Of a stretch of DNA of 64,000 nucleotides, positions 33,103 to 44,767 are shown piece by piece; position 1 is the stretch's first letter; each line of letters starts with the position of its first letter. Source of the DNA: an uncultured Chthonomonadaceae bacterium (GTDB lineage: Bacteria > Armatimonadota > Chthonomonadetes > Chthonomonadales > Chthonomonadaceae); NCBI GenBank assembly GCA_963817895.1, contig CAWFQB010000011.1:32001-96000 (forward strand), given 5' to 3'. Made by a program: the position numbers and the translations under genes. Under the pieces are notes generated by a model that was not told the origin of the DNA, ran no database searches, and worked only from the letters and a program-made list of their open reading frames with translations.

Positions 33103-34964
33103 ATGGCACATACGCCCCAGGAATGGAAAGACCTTGCCGCGCAATTGCGGTCCGACAGCATCCGCGCCACCACCACCGCCGGTTCCGGGCATCCCACATC
33201 AAGCATGTCCGCCGCCGATCTGATGGCCGTGCTGATGTCCGAGTACCTGCACTACGATTTTACCGACCCGCACAACCCGCGCAACGACCGCCTGATTTTC
33301 TCCAAAGGCCACGCCGCGCCCCTGCTGTATTCCATGTACAAGGCGGCGGGCGCGATTACCGATGAACAACTGCTCACCCTGCGCAAATTCGGCAGCCCGA
33401 TTGAGGGGCATCCGGTTCCCGAACCCAACGGTCTGCCATACGTGGATGTGGCGACGGGTTCATTGGGACAGGGATTGCCCGCCGGTATCGGCATGGCGTG
33501 GGCGGCGAAAAACCTGCTCAGTGTGCCGATGAAAGTTTGGGTGGTATTGGGCGACAGCGAAATGGCCGAGGGCAGCAATTATGAGGCGCTGGAACTGGGC
33601 GGTTATTACGGCCTGAACAACGTCGTCGCCATTCTGGACGACAACCGTTTGGGACAGCGCGGGCCAACTATGCTGCAATGGCATACGGAAATGTACAAGC
33701 AGCGGGCGGAAGCGTTCGGCTGGCATGCCATCGTGGTTGACGGGCATGACGTGGAAGCCATTGCCCAGGCGTTTGAGGAGGCCGAAGAGTCGTTCAAGCC
33801 CGTGTTCATCGTCGCCAAAACCAAAAAGGGCGCAGGGCGTGTCGTTCACGCAGGATGTGGAGGGCTATCACGGCAAGGCGATCCCGCAGGCGGATGAGGC
33901 GAAAGCCCTTGCCGAATTGGGCAACCCCAAAGGCGATATTCGCATACAGGTGAAGAAATACCGCGACGGCAACCCGACGAAACTGCCCGAACCCGCGCCG
34001 TTTCAGCCGCCGCAATACGAAAAGGGCGCGAAAGTGGCGACGCGGGAAGCGTATGGCGATGCGCTTGTCGCGCTGGGCGCGGCCAGGCCAGAACGTGACG
34101 GTCATGGACGGCGAAGTGAGCAATTCCACGTTTGCCGACAAGTTCAAAAAGGTGTACCCGGATCGGTTCTTGGAAGTATACATCGCCGAGCAGCAGCTTG
34201 TGAGCGCGGCAGTCGGGATGCAGGTGTTGGGCAAAATCCCGTTCGCGTCCACGTTCGCCGCGTTCTTTGCCCGCGCCTACGATCAGGTACGCATGGCGGC
34301 GATTTCCCGCGCCAACATCAATCTCGTCGGCTCCCATGCGGGCGTATCCATCGGCGAGGACGGGCCTTCGCAAATGGCGCTGGAAGACCTTGCGATTATG
34401 CGGGCCGTGCATGACAGCATCGTGGTTTATCCCTCCTGCGCCACGACAACGGTACATCTGGTCGCGCAAATGGCGACCCGCAAGGGCATCAACTACATGC
34501 GGACAACCCGCGAAAAATTGCCCGTGCTGTACGGCCCGGAAGAGAGTTTCCCGATCGGCGGCAGCAAAACCCTGAAATCGTCCGACAACGATGTGGCGGC
34601 GGTGATCGCGGCGGGCATCACGCTGCACGAAGCCTTAAAAGCCTACGACACGCTGCAAGCCGAGGGCATCGAACATCCGCGTGATTGACCTGTATTCCGT
34701 GAAACCGATTGACAAAGCGACGATTCAGAAAGCCGCGCAGGAGTGTGGCGGGCAATTGTTCGTGGTGGAAGACCACTGGCCGCGAGGGCGGATTGGGCGA
34801 CGCGGTTCTGGAAGTGTTCGACGGGCAATCCGCGTCAGCACCCGAACGTAACCCGCATCGCCGTGCGCGACATGCCCGGCAGCGGCAAGCCGGAAGAGTT
34901 AATTGAAGCGGCGGGCATCAGCGCCAAACACATCGTCGCCGCTGTCCAGGCCGTGAAGAAGTAG
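33103..34964 (+). CDS. tkt: Transketolase, shorter animal/actinobacterial-like type (several frameshifts)
   Basis: GSGHPTSS, SKGHA, ATGSLGQG, GDSE, IAEQ and HAGVSIGEDGPSQM across successive frames. Confidence 0.88.
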
Positions 34965-35007
34965 CCGCAAATCAACGCGAATTCACGCGAATAATAGAGG
35001 ACAGAGC

Positions 35008-35050
35008 AAAGCCGTCGTGGAAGCAACTTCCTTGCTTCCACGACGACTTT
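35008..35050 (+). terminator. Rho-independent terminator
   Basis: gtcgtggaagcaa/ttgcttccacgac 13-bp stem plus ttt. Confidence 0.65.
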
Positions 35051-35126
35051 CATGTCTGGCTGCGATATTCGAGTTGCTTTATCACGTACAAGCAGATAGA
35101 CTAATGACGCGCGCTTCCCGCAGACG

Positions 35127-35360
35127 TGAAACCAAACGGCTTCGCGTCCGTAGTGCATACGGAAGTTAAATCATTCTTTAGAAAGCAAGTGGAGGGCATT
35201 TCATGGCCTATACAGCGGAAGTAAGCCGCGAAACCCCAGCGCGTTTGTGTTTTTGATTGACCAGTCGAAGTCTATGGAGGAGCCGTTCGGGGGCGGGCAG
35301 GGCAAGCGCAAGGCCGACGGCGTATCGGACGCCATCAACCGCCTGCTGCAAAACCTTGTC
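35127..35360 (+). repeat. Direct-repeat copy of the vWA gene upstream region and 5' end (other copy 36277-36511)
   Basis: About 234 bp near-identical; this copy has a frameshift and stops at ...QNLV. Confidence 0.95.
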
Positions 35361-35368
35361 GTTTGTTG

Positions 35369-35785
35369 TTACTCGTGAGATGTTGTAATAGTCTGAGTGT
35401 CCCACCACAAACCCTGTTCGCGCATGTAAATCAGGATTTGCCTGAAAGCCTCCTCGTGAATTCTGCGTGTCTGAGCAGAATCAAGTCCCCGCATATCATA
35501 ACGCGCCCATTCGCTTACCGTTTTTATCCGCTCATAGAGCCTCGCGATTGGCTTCATCTGGTTAGCGACATATATTTCACGCTCCTGATGGTTCCTGGGC
35601 AGGTTCATGGGAGTCTTCGCGCAAGCATAAGCCTGCATTAGATGAACTGCTGAGTAGAACAGCGCCACTACTGCCCAACTTACATCTTCTGAGCCATTCA
35701 GAAAGCGTTCGTAGCGGCGGTAATTCGTGTAGGCTTCTGCGATGTGCTTTAGCGCTTCTTTATCCGTAGTTTTAGGGGCGGGCAT
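35369..35785 (-). CDS. HEPN-like protein, putative toxin
   Basis: W..FYSAVH...H..R...ARY pattern typical of small HEPN proteins. Confidence 0.6.
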   Translation of the reverse strand: MPAPKTTDKEALKHIAEAYTNYRRYERFLNGSEDVSWAVVALFYSAVHLMQAYACAKTPMNLPRNHQEREIYVANQMKPIARLYERIKTVSEWARYDMRGLDSAQTRRIHEEAFRQILIYMREQGLWWDTQTITTSHE

Positions 35786-35794
35786 GTTCCGCTC

Positions 35795-36103
35795 CTATTG
35801 ACATTCAGAGTAGGGTTTTATCACAACATCCAACTTCCCCTGTGGATACTGTTGATGTGTGCAAATTTTCAGATCAAATACCTGATCCGCGATAACGCCA
35901 AACACGTCCGGTATGGCAACAACAATGATTTTTTCGTTCCATGTGTCGCCACCAGAAAGGCTGACTTGCGCCCCTTCTATCTCCCTGACTTGAAGGTAGA
36001 AACTGCGGTTTGCCAGTTCGGTCTGCGTGGCAAACTCGGACGCGGGGAGAACCGTAAACTCGGCTTCGTCTGGAATTCTCTGGCTGACATCTGCAACGGA
36101 CAT
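35795..36103 (-). CDS. Small hypothetical protein, putative partner/antitoxin of the HEPN-like protein
   Basis: SD AGGAGAGG; directly upstream of the HEPN gene; homolog at 7647. Confidence 0.55.
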   Translation of the reverse strand: MSVADVSQRIPDEAEFTVLPASEFATQTELANRSFYLQVREIEGAQVSLSGGDTWNEKIIVVAIPDVFGVIADQVFDLKICTHQQYPQGKLDVVIKPYSECQ

Positions 36104-36352
36104 ATTTTTTACCTCTCCTGCACAGACACACATAGACATGTCATTATGCCATAACTTCAAAATTTTGTCACTAATTTATCGTAAGTTTCTGCTGTATAAG
36201 GCGTGAAAAGCGGCTGATAAAAGGCAGGCATCATAGTGGTATCTCGGAATAAGCGAATGCTTCAGCTTATGCCCCATGAAACCAAACGGCTTCGCGTCCG
36301 TAGTGCATACGGAAGTTAAATCATCCTTTAGAAAGCAAGTGGAGGGCATTTC

Positions 36353-37186
36353 ATGGCCTATACAGCGGAAGTAAGCCGCGCGAATCCCAGCGCGTTTGTG
36401 TTTTTGATTGACCAGTCGAAGTCTATGGAGGAGCCGTTCGGGGGCGGGCAGGGCAAGCGCAAGGCCGACGGCGTATCGGACGCCATCAACCGCCTGCTGC
36501 AAAACCTTGTCATCAAGTGCGCCAAGGGCGAGGGCATCAACGACTATTATGTGATTGGCGTGATTGGGTATGGCGGCAAAGTGCAGCCCGCGTTCGGCGG
36601 GCCGCTGGCGGGCAAGTTCCTTGTGCCAATCAGCGAGGTCGCCAACAACCCGGCGCGGGTGGAAGAGCGCACGAAAAAAGTAGACGACGGCGCAGGCGGA
36701 TTGGTGGATCAGACCATCAAGTTCCCCGTGTGGCTGGAACCCGTGATGGACAACGGCACGCCGATGGGCGAAGCCTTCAAAATGGCGCACCAACTGCTGC
36801 AAACGTGGATCGCCAACCATCCCGATTCGTACCCGCCCATTGTCATCAACATCACGGACGGCGAGTACAACAACGACCCGACCAAAGAAGCGCAGGAACT
36901 AACCGCGCTAAGCACGTCCGATGGCGCGACGCTGCTGTTCAACTGCCATATTTCCGGTCATGCCAGCGCGCCGATAGTATTCCCCAACACGGACGCCGGA
37001 TTGCCGGACGATTGGGCGCGTAAACTGTTCGAGTTGTCGTCGCCCCTGCCGCAAAGCATGAGCGATTCGGCCATTGGCGAAGGGTTTCCGATTGGCGCGG
37101 ATGCGAAAGGATTCGCTTTCAACGCCGACCTGGTGGACCTGATCCGCTTTCTTGACATCGGTACAAGACCGAGCAATCTTCGCTGA
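36353..37186 (+). CDS. vWA domain protein (TerY-like)
   Basis: MIDAS DQSKS, GTPM and ITDG; first gene of a vWA-PP2C-kinase triad. Confidence 0.85.
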   Translation: MAYTAEVSRANPSAFVFLIDQSKSMEEPFGGGQGKRKADGVSDAINRLLQNLVIKCAKGEGINDYYVIGVIGYGGKVQPAFGGPLAGKFLVPISEVANNPARVEERTKKVDDGAGGLVDQTIKFPVWLEPVMDNGTPMGEAFKMAHQLLQTWIANHPDSYPPIVINITDGEYNNDPTKEAQELTALSTSDGATLLFNCHISGHASAPIVFPNTDAGLPDDWARKLFELSSPLPQSMSDSAIGEGFPIGADAKGFAFNADLVDLIRFLDIGTRPSNLR

Positions 37187-37286
37187 CCGGGAACCCTGGT
37201 ACTTGTTCAATCGGTACTCCGATGCGCGTATCTCGGAAATCGCGCGGCAGAATACCCAATCGCGTACGCAAATTATAAAGGCTGGA

Positions 37287-38440
37287 ATGCAGACGAACGT
37301 AATCAGCGCGGATAACAACTCACAACAGCAAACCGTGACGCTCGAACCGGCTTCGATAGCGGCATTGGAACCGGAACCATTTTCTACGCCCCAACCGGAA
37401 CCTACGCCTGCGCCGGAACCAACAGCTATGCCGGAACCGGAGCCGACTGTCACGCCACAATCGCCGCGCATCGCGGGACTGGAGCCGCGCGCCTTCTGGA
37501 CGCCCAAGTCCGGCAATTCCGAAACGGATTATGAGGATGGATGGGCGACGGGCGCGGACTGTCTCGCCATCGCGGACGGCGCGACGGAAAGCTCGTTTGC
37601 CCGCGTGTGGGCGCAGGCGCTCACGGCAGGCTTTGTCGCGCAACCCGATGCCACATTTCCCCTGCATACGGAAAACCCGGAGCAGTGCCGCGCCCGTATT
37701 CAGGAGTGGACGCAGCCCCTGCAACAGGAGTGGCACAGCCGTATTCCCTGGAACACCCTGCCCTGGTTTGCCGAAGACAAAGCCCGCGCGGGCGCATTTG
37801 CCACATTGTTAGCGTTCAGCGCAAAGGATGAAGGCGGAAGGATGAAGGATGAAGGGAAGATACGAGATACGAGATACGAGATACGAGAAGGAGAGAATTC
37901 ATCCCTCATCCTTCATCCTTCATCCTTTCAAGTCTTCGCTATCGGCGACAGTTGCCTGTTTCAGATACGCGAGGGTCGGGTGAAGTTGGCGTTTCCGCTT
38001 ACAACACTCGTCGCAGTTCGACAGTACGCCGCCCCTGCTGTCGTCCAATCCCGGCCAACAACAAGCGTGTTTGGGACAACATCGTGATCGGGGAGGGGAC
38101 GTTTCAGGCGGGCGATATTCTGCTGTTCGCGACGGATGCGCTGGCGCGCTGGTTTCTGGTGGAAGTGGAAGCGGGAAATTTGCCCTGGCATGAGTTGTGC
38201 GGCATAAGCGATCAGGCGGAGTTTCAGACATTCGTAACTCGTTTGCGGCAAGCCCATGCCATGCGCAATGACGATGTAACGCTTGTCATTGTGGATGCTT
38301 CCCATTTGCCGCAAATGGCGGCGAGGCGCGTCCGCGTTTGCGAATGGACCGTTCCGGTGAAACGTCCGGTGAACGAGTGCGCAGGAAAACTCCGGCGGCA
38401 AGCAAGTGGGAAAACGCGCGCAGCGGATGGCGCAATCAGG
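37287..38440 (+). CDS. PP2C-like phosphatase (frameshifted, with in-frame repeat insertion); end approximate
   Basis: YED, IADGATES, IGDSC, ATDAL and RNDDVT motifs. Confidence 0.8.
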
Positions 38441-38459
38441 CAAGTGAGGAGGCAGTATT

Positions 38460-39920
38460 ATGAATTGGCCGCTTGCCTCCGATTATCAGGACGCGGTTCA
38501 GAACCCGTTGCAGTGCTTTCAAGACCCGCAGTTGAAGGCCGGACATGTGGTTTTGAACCGTATAGGACTGCCCCGCGTCGCGTCAGGCATGTTTGCCAGC
38601 GTGTACGAAATTCGCAATGGCGAACAGCGATGGGCCGTGCGCTGCTTTTTGCGTCCGAGCGCGGATCAGCGGGAACGCTACGCGCTGTTGAGCGGCTATC
38701 TGAGTCAGGTGCGTATGCCGGGGCTTGTCGAGTTCGCGTATGAAGCGCAGGGCATCCGGGTACGCGGGCAGTGGTATCCCATCGTTAAAATGGATTGGAT
38801 CGAGGGCGTCACCCTCCATACCTACATCAGCAAGCATGTGCAGGAACCGGATACGCTGCGCAAACTGGCGCGGCAATGGCGTATTCTGCTGGAACGCCTG
38901 CGGCAAAACCATATTGCCCATGCCGATTTGCAGCACGGCAACGTGCTTGTGACGCCATCCGGCGAACTGCGGCTTGTGGATTATGATGGCATGTTCGTTC
39001 CGGCCCTGCGCGGGCAGGCCAGCCATGAACTCGGCCATCCCAACTATCAGCATCCGCAGCGAACGGCGCAGAGTTACGACGAGAATCTGGACAATTTCGC
39101 CGCGCTTGGTGATTTATACCAGTCTGGTCGCGCTGATTTACAATCCTGACCTGTGGGCGGAATTTCATACGGGCGAAAACCTGATCTTCTCTGCGGCCGA
39201 CTTCAAAGCGCCTCAAAAATCCAAAGTGTTCGAGCAGTTGTACCGCAGCAGCGAACCGCTGGTACGCGCCCTGTCGCAGCAGTTGGCAAAAGCGTGTGAG
39301 GGCGTCATTCAGAACGTGCCCGATTTCGCGCAAGCCATTGCGAACCTGCCCGACCTGCCTGCGCCCAAACCCTGGTATGTCGCGGACGAGTCCGCCCGTT
39401 CACCCAAAATCCACGTCCTGCCGCGCCGAAAGCAACCCCGCCCGCATCGGGGACAACGCCGCATCCGCCTGCTCATCCGAACAATTCCCAACGCCGTCAA
39501 GCCGCCGGTATCAAACGCCGACGGTTCCGCCCGCGCCCGCGCATCCCCATTCGCAGCCCCGCGAAGACGAGGATGACTGGTGGAAGCGCAATCAGGAGAC
39601 GCTGGAAAAAACGCCGGCGGGCAAGGCGGTCGTGGGATTTTTGCAGCCGCTGAAGAAGATACTGGGATGAGGCCGCCGCGCCCGTTCCCGCGCCGCCAAC
39701 CAACGCGCCTGCGCGAACCGCTGCCTCGGTTCCTCTGGAGCGCGGCGTCCCTCGTTCCGTGTCCAAAAAACGCGCCGCCTCGCCCTGGGCGACGTGTACC
39801 AGTATTATGTGTCTGATGCTGTGCCTGAGCGTTTTGGGAATCAGCCTGTTGGCGCGGGCGGTTGTCCATACCATAGGGGAACTGTTTGGCGATGAGAAAC
39901 CATCGGCTTCCCGCCTGTAG
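38460..39920 (+). CDS. Ser/Thr protein-kinase-like protein with C-terminal TM (frameshifted)
   Basis: SGMFASVY, HADLQHGNVL, LVDYDG and GHPNYQHP; continues in other frames to a hydrophobic C-terminus. Confidence 0.8.
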
Positions 39921-40006
39921 CTAATACGGCAAAATCTAAAATCGTCGCAGGAACCTCTACGCCTGTCCACACTCCCCGTAGTTCCACGCGCTGATTTGTG
40001 CTACAA

Positions 40007-40043
40007 TGACGTAATCCAAAATTTTATGGTTTGGATTACGTCA
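40007..40043. promoter_or_regulatory. Operator-like inverted repeat upstream of the GH51 gene
   Basis: tgacgtaatccaaa-N9-tttggattacgtca, perfect 14-bp arms, adjoining an extended -10 (tgctacaat). Confidence 0.6.
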
Positions 40044-40088
40044 ACTTCAAGTATGAACCCCCGGACCAAGACCATTAACCAGAAACTT

Positions 40089-42773
40089 ATGAAAAACAGA
40101 GTTGTTTTCCCGATTATTGCTGCCGCCGCGCTGATGCTGTCCCTGCGTGGCGGGCGAACACAGGAAGCCCTTCCGCATCCGGTTGCGGAGTGGAAGTTTG
40201 AAGAGGGAACCGGAACGTCGGCGAATGACGCTTCCGGGCAGTCCGCCAATGCGTTGATGTTGCGCGGCGGGGCGGATTGGACGACGGGCGGGGTGGGAAG
40301 CCATGCCCTGCGCTTTGGCGGGCGCGCGGGCAGTTTCGCGGAACTCGCGCGTCCCGTTGTGGATACCACGCGCAGTTTTACGGTTACGGCCTGCGTGAAA
40401 GTAAACCGTATCGGCGGCTACCAGACGTTCGTGAGCGAGGACGGGCAGCAAATCAGCGGATTTTTCCTGCAACTGCGCGACGATACAGGCGAATTCGCTC
40501 TTACAATGCCGCCCAATGATGGCACAAACGGGGATGCCGCTATTGCCGCTTCCGACATTGCGCCCATGCCGAATATGTGGTATCACCTCGCGGGCGTGTA
40601 CGACGCGAACGCGCATACCGCCGCGCTGTACGTGAACGGCGCGTTGCAGCAGAAGGTTCCCATTCAGAGGTCGTGGAAAGCGACCGGAAGCACGGTTATC
40701 GGCAGGGGAAAGTTCGGCGGCAATCCGGTAGATTGGGTGAACGGGGCGATTGACGAGGTGCGCCTGTACGACGCGCCCCTGTCGGCAAATGATGTGCGCT
40801 CGCTTGCCCGCATGGATTTGCCCAACGCCATGCAGCAGCCCGAAGCCAATACGGGTCCCGCCACGCTGAAAATCAACGCGGCGCAACCCGGTCCGCGCGT
40901 CAGTCCCATGCTGTACGGCCTGATGACCGAGGAGATCAACTATTCCTACGATGGCGGCTTGTACGGCGAACTGATTCGCAACCGCGTGTTCAAGGACAAC
41001 CCCGCCAGGCCCGTTCACTGGTCTGTGGTAACGAGTGGCAGCGCGGGGAATCGTCTGCAAGAGGGCAACCTTGCGGTCAGTGTCGCATCAGAAATCACGC
41101 TGGATACCACACAGCCGCTCACTCCCGCGCTTCCCACAAGTCTGAAACTGACGATTGTAAAACCATCGGCGAACGGCGCGACAAACGGGGGGCGCGTGGG
41201 CGTTGCCAATGATGGCTACTGGGGAATCCCTGTAAAGCCGAATACCCGCTATCGCGCCTCGTTTTATGCCCGCGCCGATCAGGATTTTACCGGGCCGATA
41301 ACGGCAAGCATCGAAAACGCGAACGGCACGGAGATGTACGCCCGCGCGCAAACCGGTAAAATCACGCCGGAGTGGAAGCAGTACACGCTCACGCTGACAA
41401 CGGGCAATGTCGCGCCCACCAAAGATACGCGGTTTGTGCTTGCCGCAACAAAATCCGGCACAGTCTGGTTCAATCTCGTATCGCTGTTTCCGCCCACGTA
41501 CAAAAATCGTCCCAACGGCAACCGTCCCGACCTGATGCAGCGACTGGCCGACATGAAGCCCTCGTTCCTGCGCCTGCCCGGTGGCAACTATCTGGAAGGC
41601 GACACGATTGCCACCCGCTTCGACTGGAAAAAGACGCTCGGACCCCTGACGCAGCGACCCGGCCACATGGGAACGTGGAGTTACCGCTCTTCGGACGGCA
41701 TGGGCTTGCAGGAGTTCCTACAGTGGTGCGAAGACCTGAAAATCGAGCCGTTGCTGGGCGTGTATGCGGGCTACTCCCTGCGCGGCGAACACGTCAACCC
41801 CGGCACTGACTTGCAGCCCTACGTTCAGGACGCGCTGGACGAGATCGATTACGTCACCGGGGATGCCGCAGCCACGAAATGGGGCGCGGAACGGGCCAAA
41901 AACGGACATCCCGCGCCGTTCCCACTGCACTATATCGAGATCGGCAACGAGGACAATTTCGACCGTTCCGGCAGTTACGACGGGCGGTTCGCGCAGTTCT
42001 ATGACGCCATCAAAGCCGCCTACCCGAAACTGCAATTGATCGCCACTACGCCCGTTCGCAGCCGCAAGCCCGACATTCTGGACGAACACTTTTATCGAAC
42101 GGCGCGATCAATGGAGCGAGACGCGCATCACTATGACCGTTATGACCGCAGCGGCCCGAAAATATTTGTCGGGGAGTGGGCGTCGCAGGACATAGACCAG
42201 CCCTGGGCGCGACCGGAAACCAAAGGCCCCACCCCGACGCTTAATTCCGCATTGGGTGACGCGGCGTGGATGACGGGCATGGAGCGCAACTCCGATCTGG
42301 TGATTCTGTCCGCGTATGCCCCACTTCTGGTCAATGTCAATCCGGGCGGCAGGCAGTGGGCTGTGAATCTCATCGGCTACGACGCCCTGACCAACTACGG
42401 TTCGCCCTCCTATTACGCGCAGGCCATGTTCGCCGCCAATCACGGCGACACGATTTTGCCTGCCACATTGACGGGAAACGCGCGACTAACCTACAGCGTG
42501 ACCCGCGACAGCAAAGCGGGCATGGTATATGTGAAAATGGTCAACACGTCCGCGCAATCGCAGGCTGTCCATGTCACGCTGGATGGCGTAGCCTCGGCAG
42601 CCGCGACGGGAACCGCGATTGTGCTGAAAGGCAGTGGCCCGCAGGACACGAATACGATTACGGAACCCACGAAAATCGTGCCTGTCACCACGTCGGCAAG
42701 CGGATTGGGAACCGATTTCACCTATACCTTCGCGCCCTACTCCGTAACCATTCTGAAGATGCAGGCGCGGTGA
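40089..42773 (+). CDS. Secreted GH51 alpha-L-arabinofuranosidase with LamG and CBM-like domains
   Basis: EEINYSYDGGLYGEL, RLPGGNYLEG, EIGNE, FVGEW and YAPLL; N-terminal WYHLAGVYD LamG domain. Confidence 0.9.
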   Translation: MKNRVVFPIIAAAALMLSLRGGRTQEALPHPVAEWKFEEGTGTSANDASGQSANALMLRGGADWTTGGVGSHALRFGGRAGSFAELARPVVDTTRSFTVTACVKVNRIGGYQTFVSEDGQQISGFFLQLRDDTGEFALTMPPNDGTNGDAAIAASDIAPMPNMWYHLAGVYDANAHTAALYVNGALQQKVPIQRSWKATGSTVIGRGKFGGNPVDWVNGAIDEVRLYDAPLSANDVRSLARMDLPNAMQQPEANTGPATLKINAAQPGPRVSPMLYGLMTEEINYSYDGGLYGELIRNRVFKDNPARPVHWSVVTSGSAGNRLQEGNLAVSVASEITLDTTQPLTPALPTSLKLTIVKPSANGATNGGRVGVANDGYWGIPVKPNTRYRASFYARADQDFTGPITASIENANGTEMYARAQTGKITPEWKQYTLTLTTGNVAPTKDTRFVLAATKSGTVWFNLVSLFPPTYKNRPNGNRPDLMQRLADMKPSFLRLPGGNYLEGDTIATRFDWKKTLGPLTQRPGHMGTWSYRSSDGMGLQEFLQWCEDLKIEPLLGVYAGYSLRGEHVNPGTDLQPYVQDALDEIDYVTGDAAATKWGAERAKNGHPAPFPLHYIEIGNEDNFDRSGSYDGRFAQFYDAIKAAYPKLQLIATTPVRSRKPDILDEHFYRTARSMERDAHHYDRYDRSGPKIFVGEWASQDIDQPWARPETKGPTPTLNSALGDAAWMTGMERNSDLVILSAYAPLLVNVNPGGRQWAVNLIGYDALTNYGSPSYYAQAMFAANHGDTILPATLTGNARLTYSVTRDSKAGMVYVKMVNTSAQSQAVHVTLDGVASAAATGTAIVLKGSGPQDTNTITEPTKIVPVTTSASGLGTDFTYTFAPYSVTILKMQAR

Positions 42774-42935
42774 TTCTACCTCACCCCCGGCCCCTCTCCT
42801 TGCCGCGCAACGCGCTAGGAGAGGGGAGACATTTCCATACAGCATGGTGAACGTAGCGCATGTAAGATCAAGTTCAATATAGCCGCGAATAAACGCGAAT
42901 GAAGGCGAATGAATTTAACAAAGAGGAGCCATGTC

Positions 42936-43412
42936 ATGCGCTTACTTTACTGGAAGACTACAGGGTCGCTTGCCGCGTTATTCCTGTTTGCGAGTGTTTT
43001 TTTGCTGACGCTGACGGGATGTGGCGGCACCGGTTCCGATGTTGTCACGGATAACGGGCCGTTCGTCAGCAGTCCGGGCATTACCCGCGTGGGGACGCCT
43101 ACGGTTGGCGGGGGGCAAACATATCTGTTTCACACCGAAATTCTTTTCAATGACCCCGCCGACAGCGCGAACCCGCCCGCTGTGGATATTCTCAACCCCT
43201 CCGGGCAATCGCTCATCGGCGGCAAGCAGAAATTGCAGCAGGTTCTCACCGCGAACGGTCAGCCCAACTCCGACCCCAACGGCTGGACGTACCAGTTCAC
43301 GCTGGCGCAGACCATGATTGTGCCAGCCGTCAATGTTGCCATCACCGCGCAGGACACATCCGCCAGAAAGGGCAATACCCCGTTCACGGCTGCCAATTTG
43401 AAATTGCCATAG
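42936..43412 (+). CDS. Hypothetical lipoprotein
   Basis: Lipobox LTGC, SD GAGGAG. Confidence 0.7.
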   Translation: MRLLYWKTTGSLAALFLFASVFLLTLTGCGGTGSDVVTDNGPFVSSPGITRVGTPTVGGGQTYLFHTEILFNDPADSANPPAVDILNPSGQSLIGGKQKLQQVLTANGQPNSDPNGWTYQFTLAQTMIVPAVNVAITAQDTSARKGNTPFTAANLKLP

Positions 43413-43549
43413 GAAAGGTGTTCAGGTGTTCAGGTGTTCAGGGCAATGCAAGAGTAATAAGTTTGCCTGGGCGCGTTAAGGCTACTAACCAAATACCCGA
43501 ACACCTGAATACCTGAATACCCTCCTCAAAGTTGAGGTACAATTATCAC

Positions 43550-44682
43550 ATGAACACAATGACGTTGCCCACGCAAATTGACGACCAAACCAATGCGGCT
43601 ATTCTGGCCGTATCGGAAGATCAGATACAGGGATTTTTGGCTGACCCGATAGGGGAAATCGCCGTTAGGGCGGAAGTGCCGGCAGTAACCGTTATCGAGC
43701 GCATACAGGCGATGCTGCGGGCGGGAACGATCCGGCGCGTCCGGCAAACACTGATGGCGACCAATCTGGCGCAGGGTTCGCTTGTCGCGTGGCAAATTCC
43801 TGCCGATAAACTGGACACCGCTTTCGATTTTATGTTTCAGCAGGACCCGTTTTCCGGGCATGTCGTCCTGCGCTCAACGGATGCCGCCACGCCGGGCAGC
43901 AATTACCGGCTCTGGACAACCCTGAAGGTTCCACAGCACTACTCGCTCACGAAACACGCCGATTTTCTGGCGGCGAAAGTGGGCGCGGAACACTACCGCC
44001 TGATGCCCGCCAAACGCCTGTTCGCGCTTGGCGTAGGGCATATCCGGCGGCAAGGGAACCCCGGTCGGCAGCATGTCGGACGAGCCGGCAGAAGTGCTGG
44101 ACACCAACATCGTCGAACTGAGCGAACTCGATTGGCAGGTATTGGTTGCGCTGAAACGGGAATTTGAGCCGGACGAAATTCGCCGCAACCTGTGGGACGC
44201 GCGGGCGGACGAAGCGGGCGTAAACATGCCTACGTTTCTGGCCGTCGCCCGTTCCCTTTCCGAGCGGCGCGTGATCGGGCGCTTTTCCACGTTTCTGGAA
44301 CACGTCAAGCCGTCTACTGAAGGCAAGCGGGTCACGCGCTACAACGCCCTGTTCCACTGGGCTGTGCCACCGGGACGCGAAATAGAAACCGGGCGGCAGA
44401 TCGGGCGATTTCGAGATTATGACGCATGCGTACTGGCGCGAAGGCGGGGCCGAGTTCCGCAACGTCAATATTATGGGCGTGGCGCACGGCTTGGATAAAT
44501 CCCTGCTGCTGGAACACAAAGCCTCGATGGACGCGCACCTGCAAAACGTGGGGATTCCCGTTTCCTATACTAATGTGTTCTGGGGCGGCAGAAGCGAAAT
44601 CAAGCCCTCTGAAATCGCGCCTCAGGCGTACCGCCAATTCTGCGAACAAATGGGCTTTGATCCCAACACCATGCGCGAATAG
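43550..44682 (+). CDS. Lrp/AsnC-like siroheme decarboxylase family protein (AhbA/B, NirDL-like fusion), frameshifted
   Basis: Two tandem wHTH + AsnC-like halves (GTIRR, GHVVLR; VIGRF, THAYWR). Confidence 0.65.
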
Positions 44683-44767
44683 CCCTCACCCCCTGCCCCT
44701 CTCCAAAAAGCCTGGGAGAGGGGAGATATGAAAAACGGCTTTGTTGTTACTATGCGAGAGTAAACTC

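Noticed and set aside
35127..36511. DGR template/variable repeat pair
   Set aside because: The few differences are not adenine-specific substitutions, the repeat covers a promoter and 5' end, and no reverse transcriptase is present.
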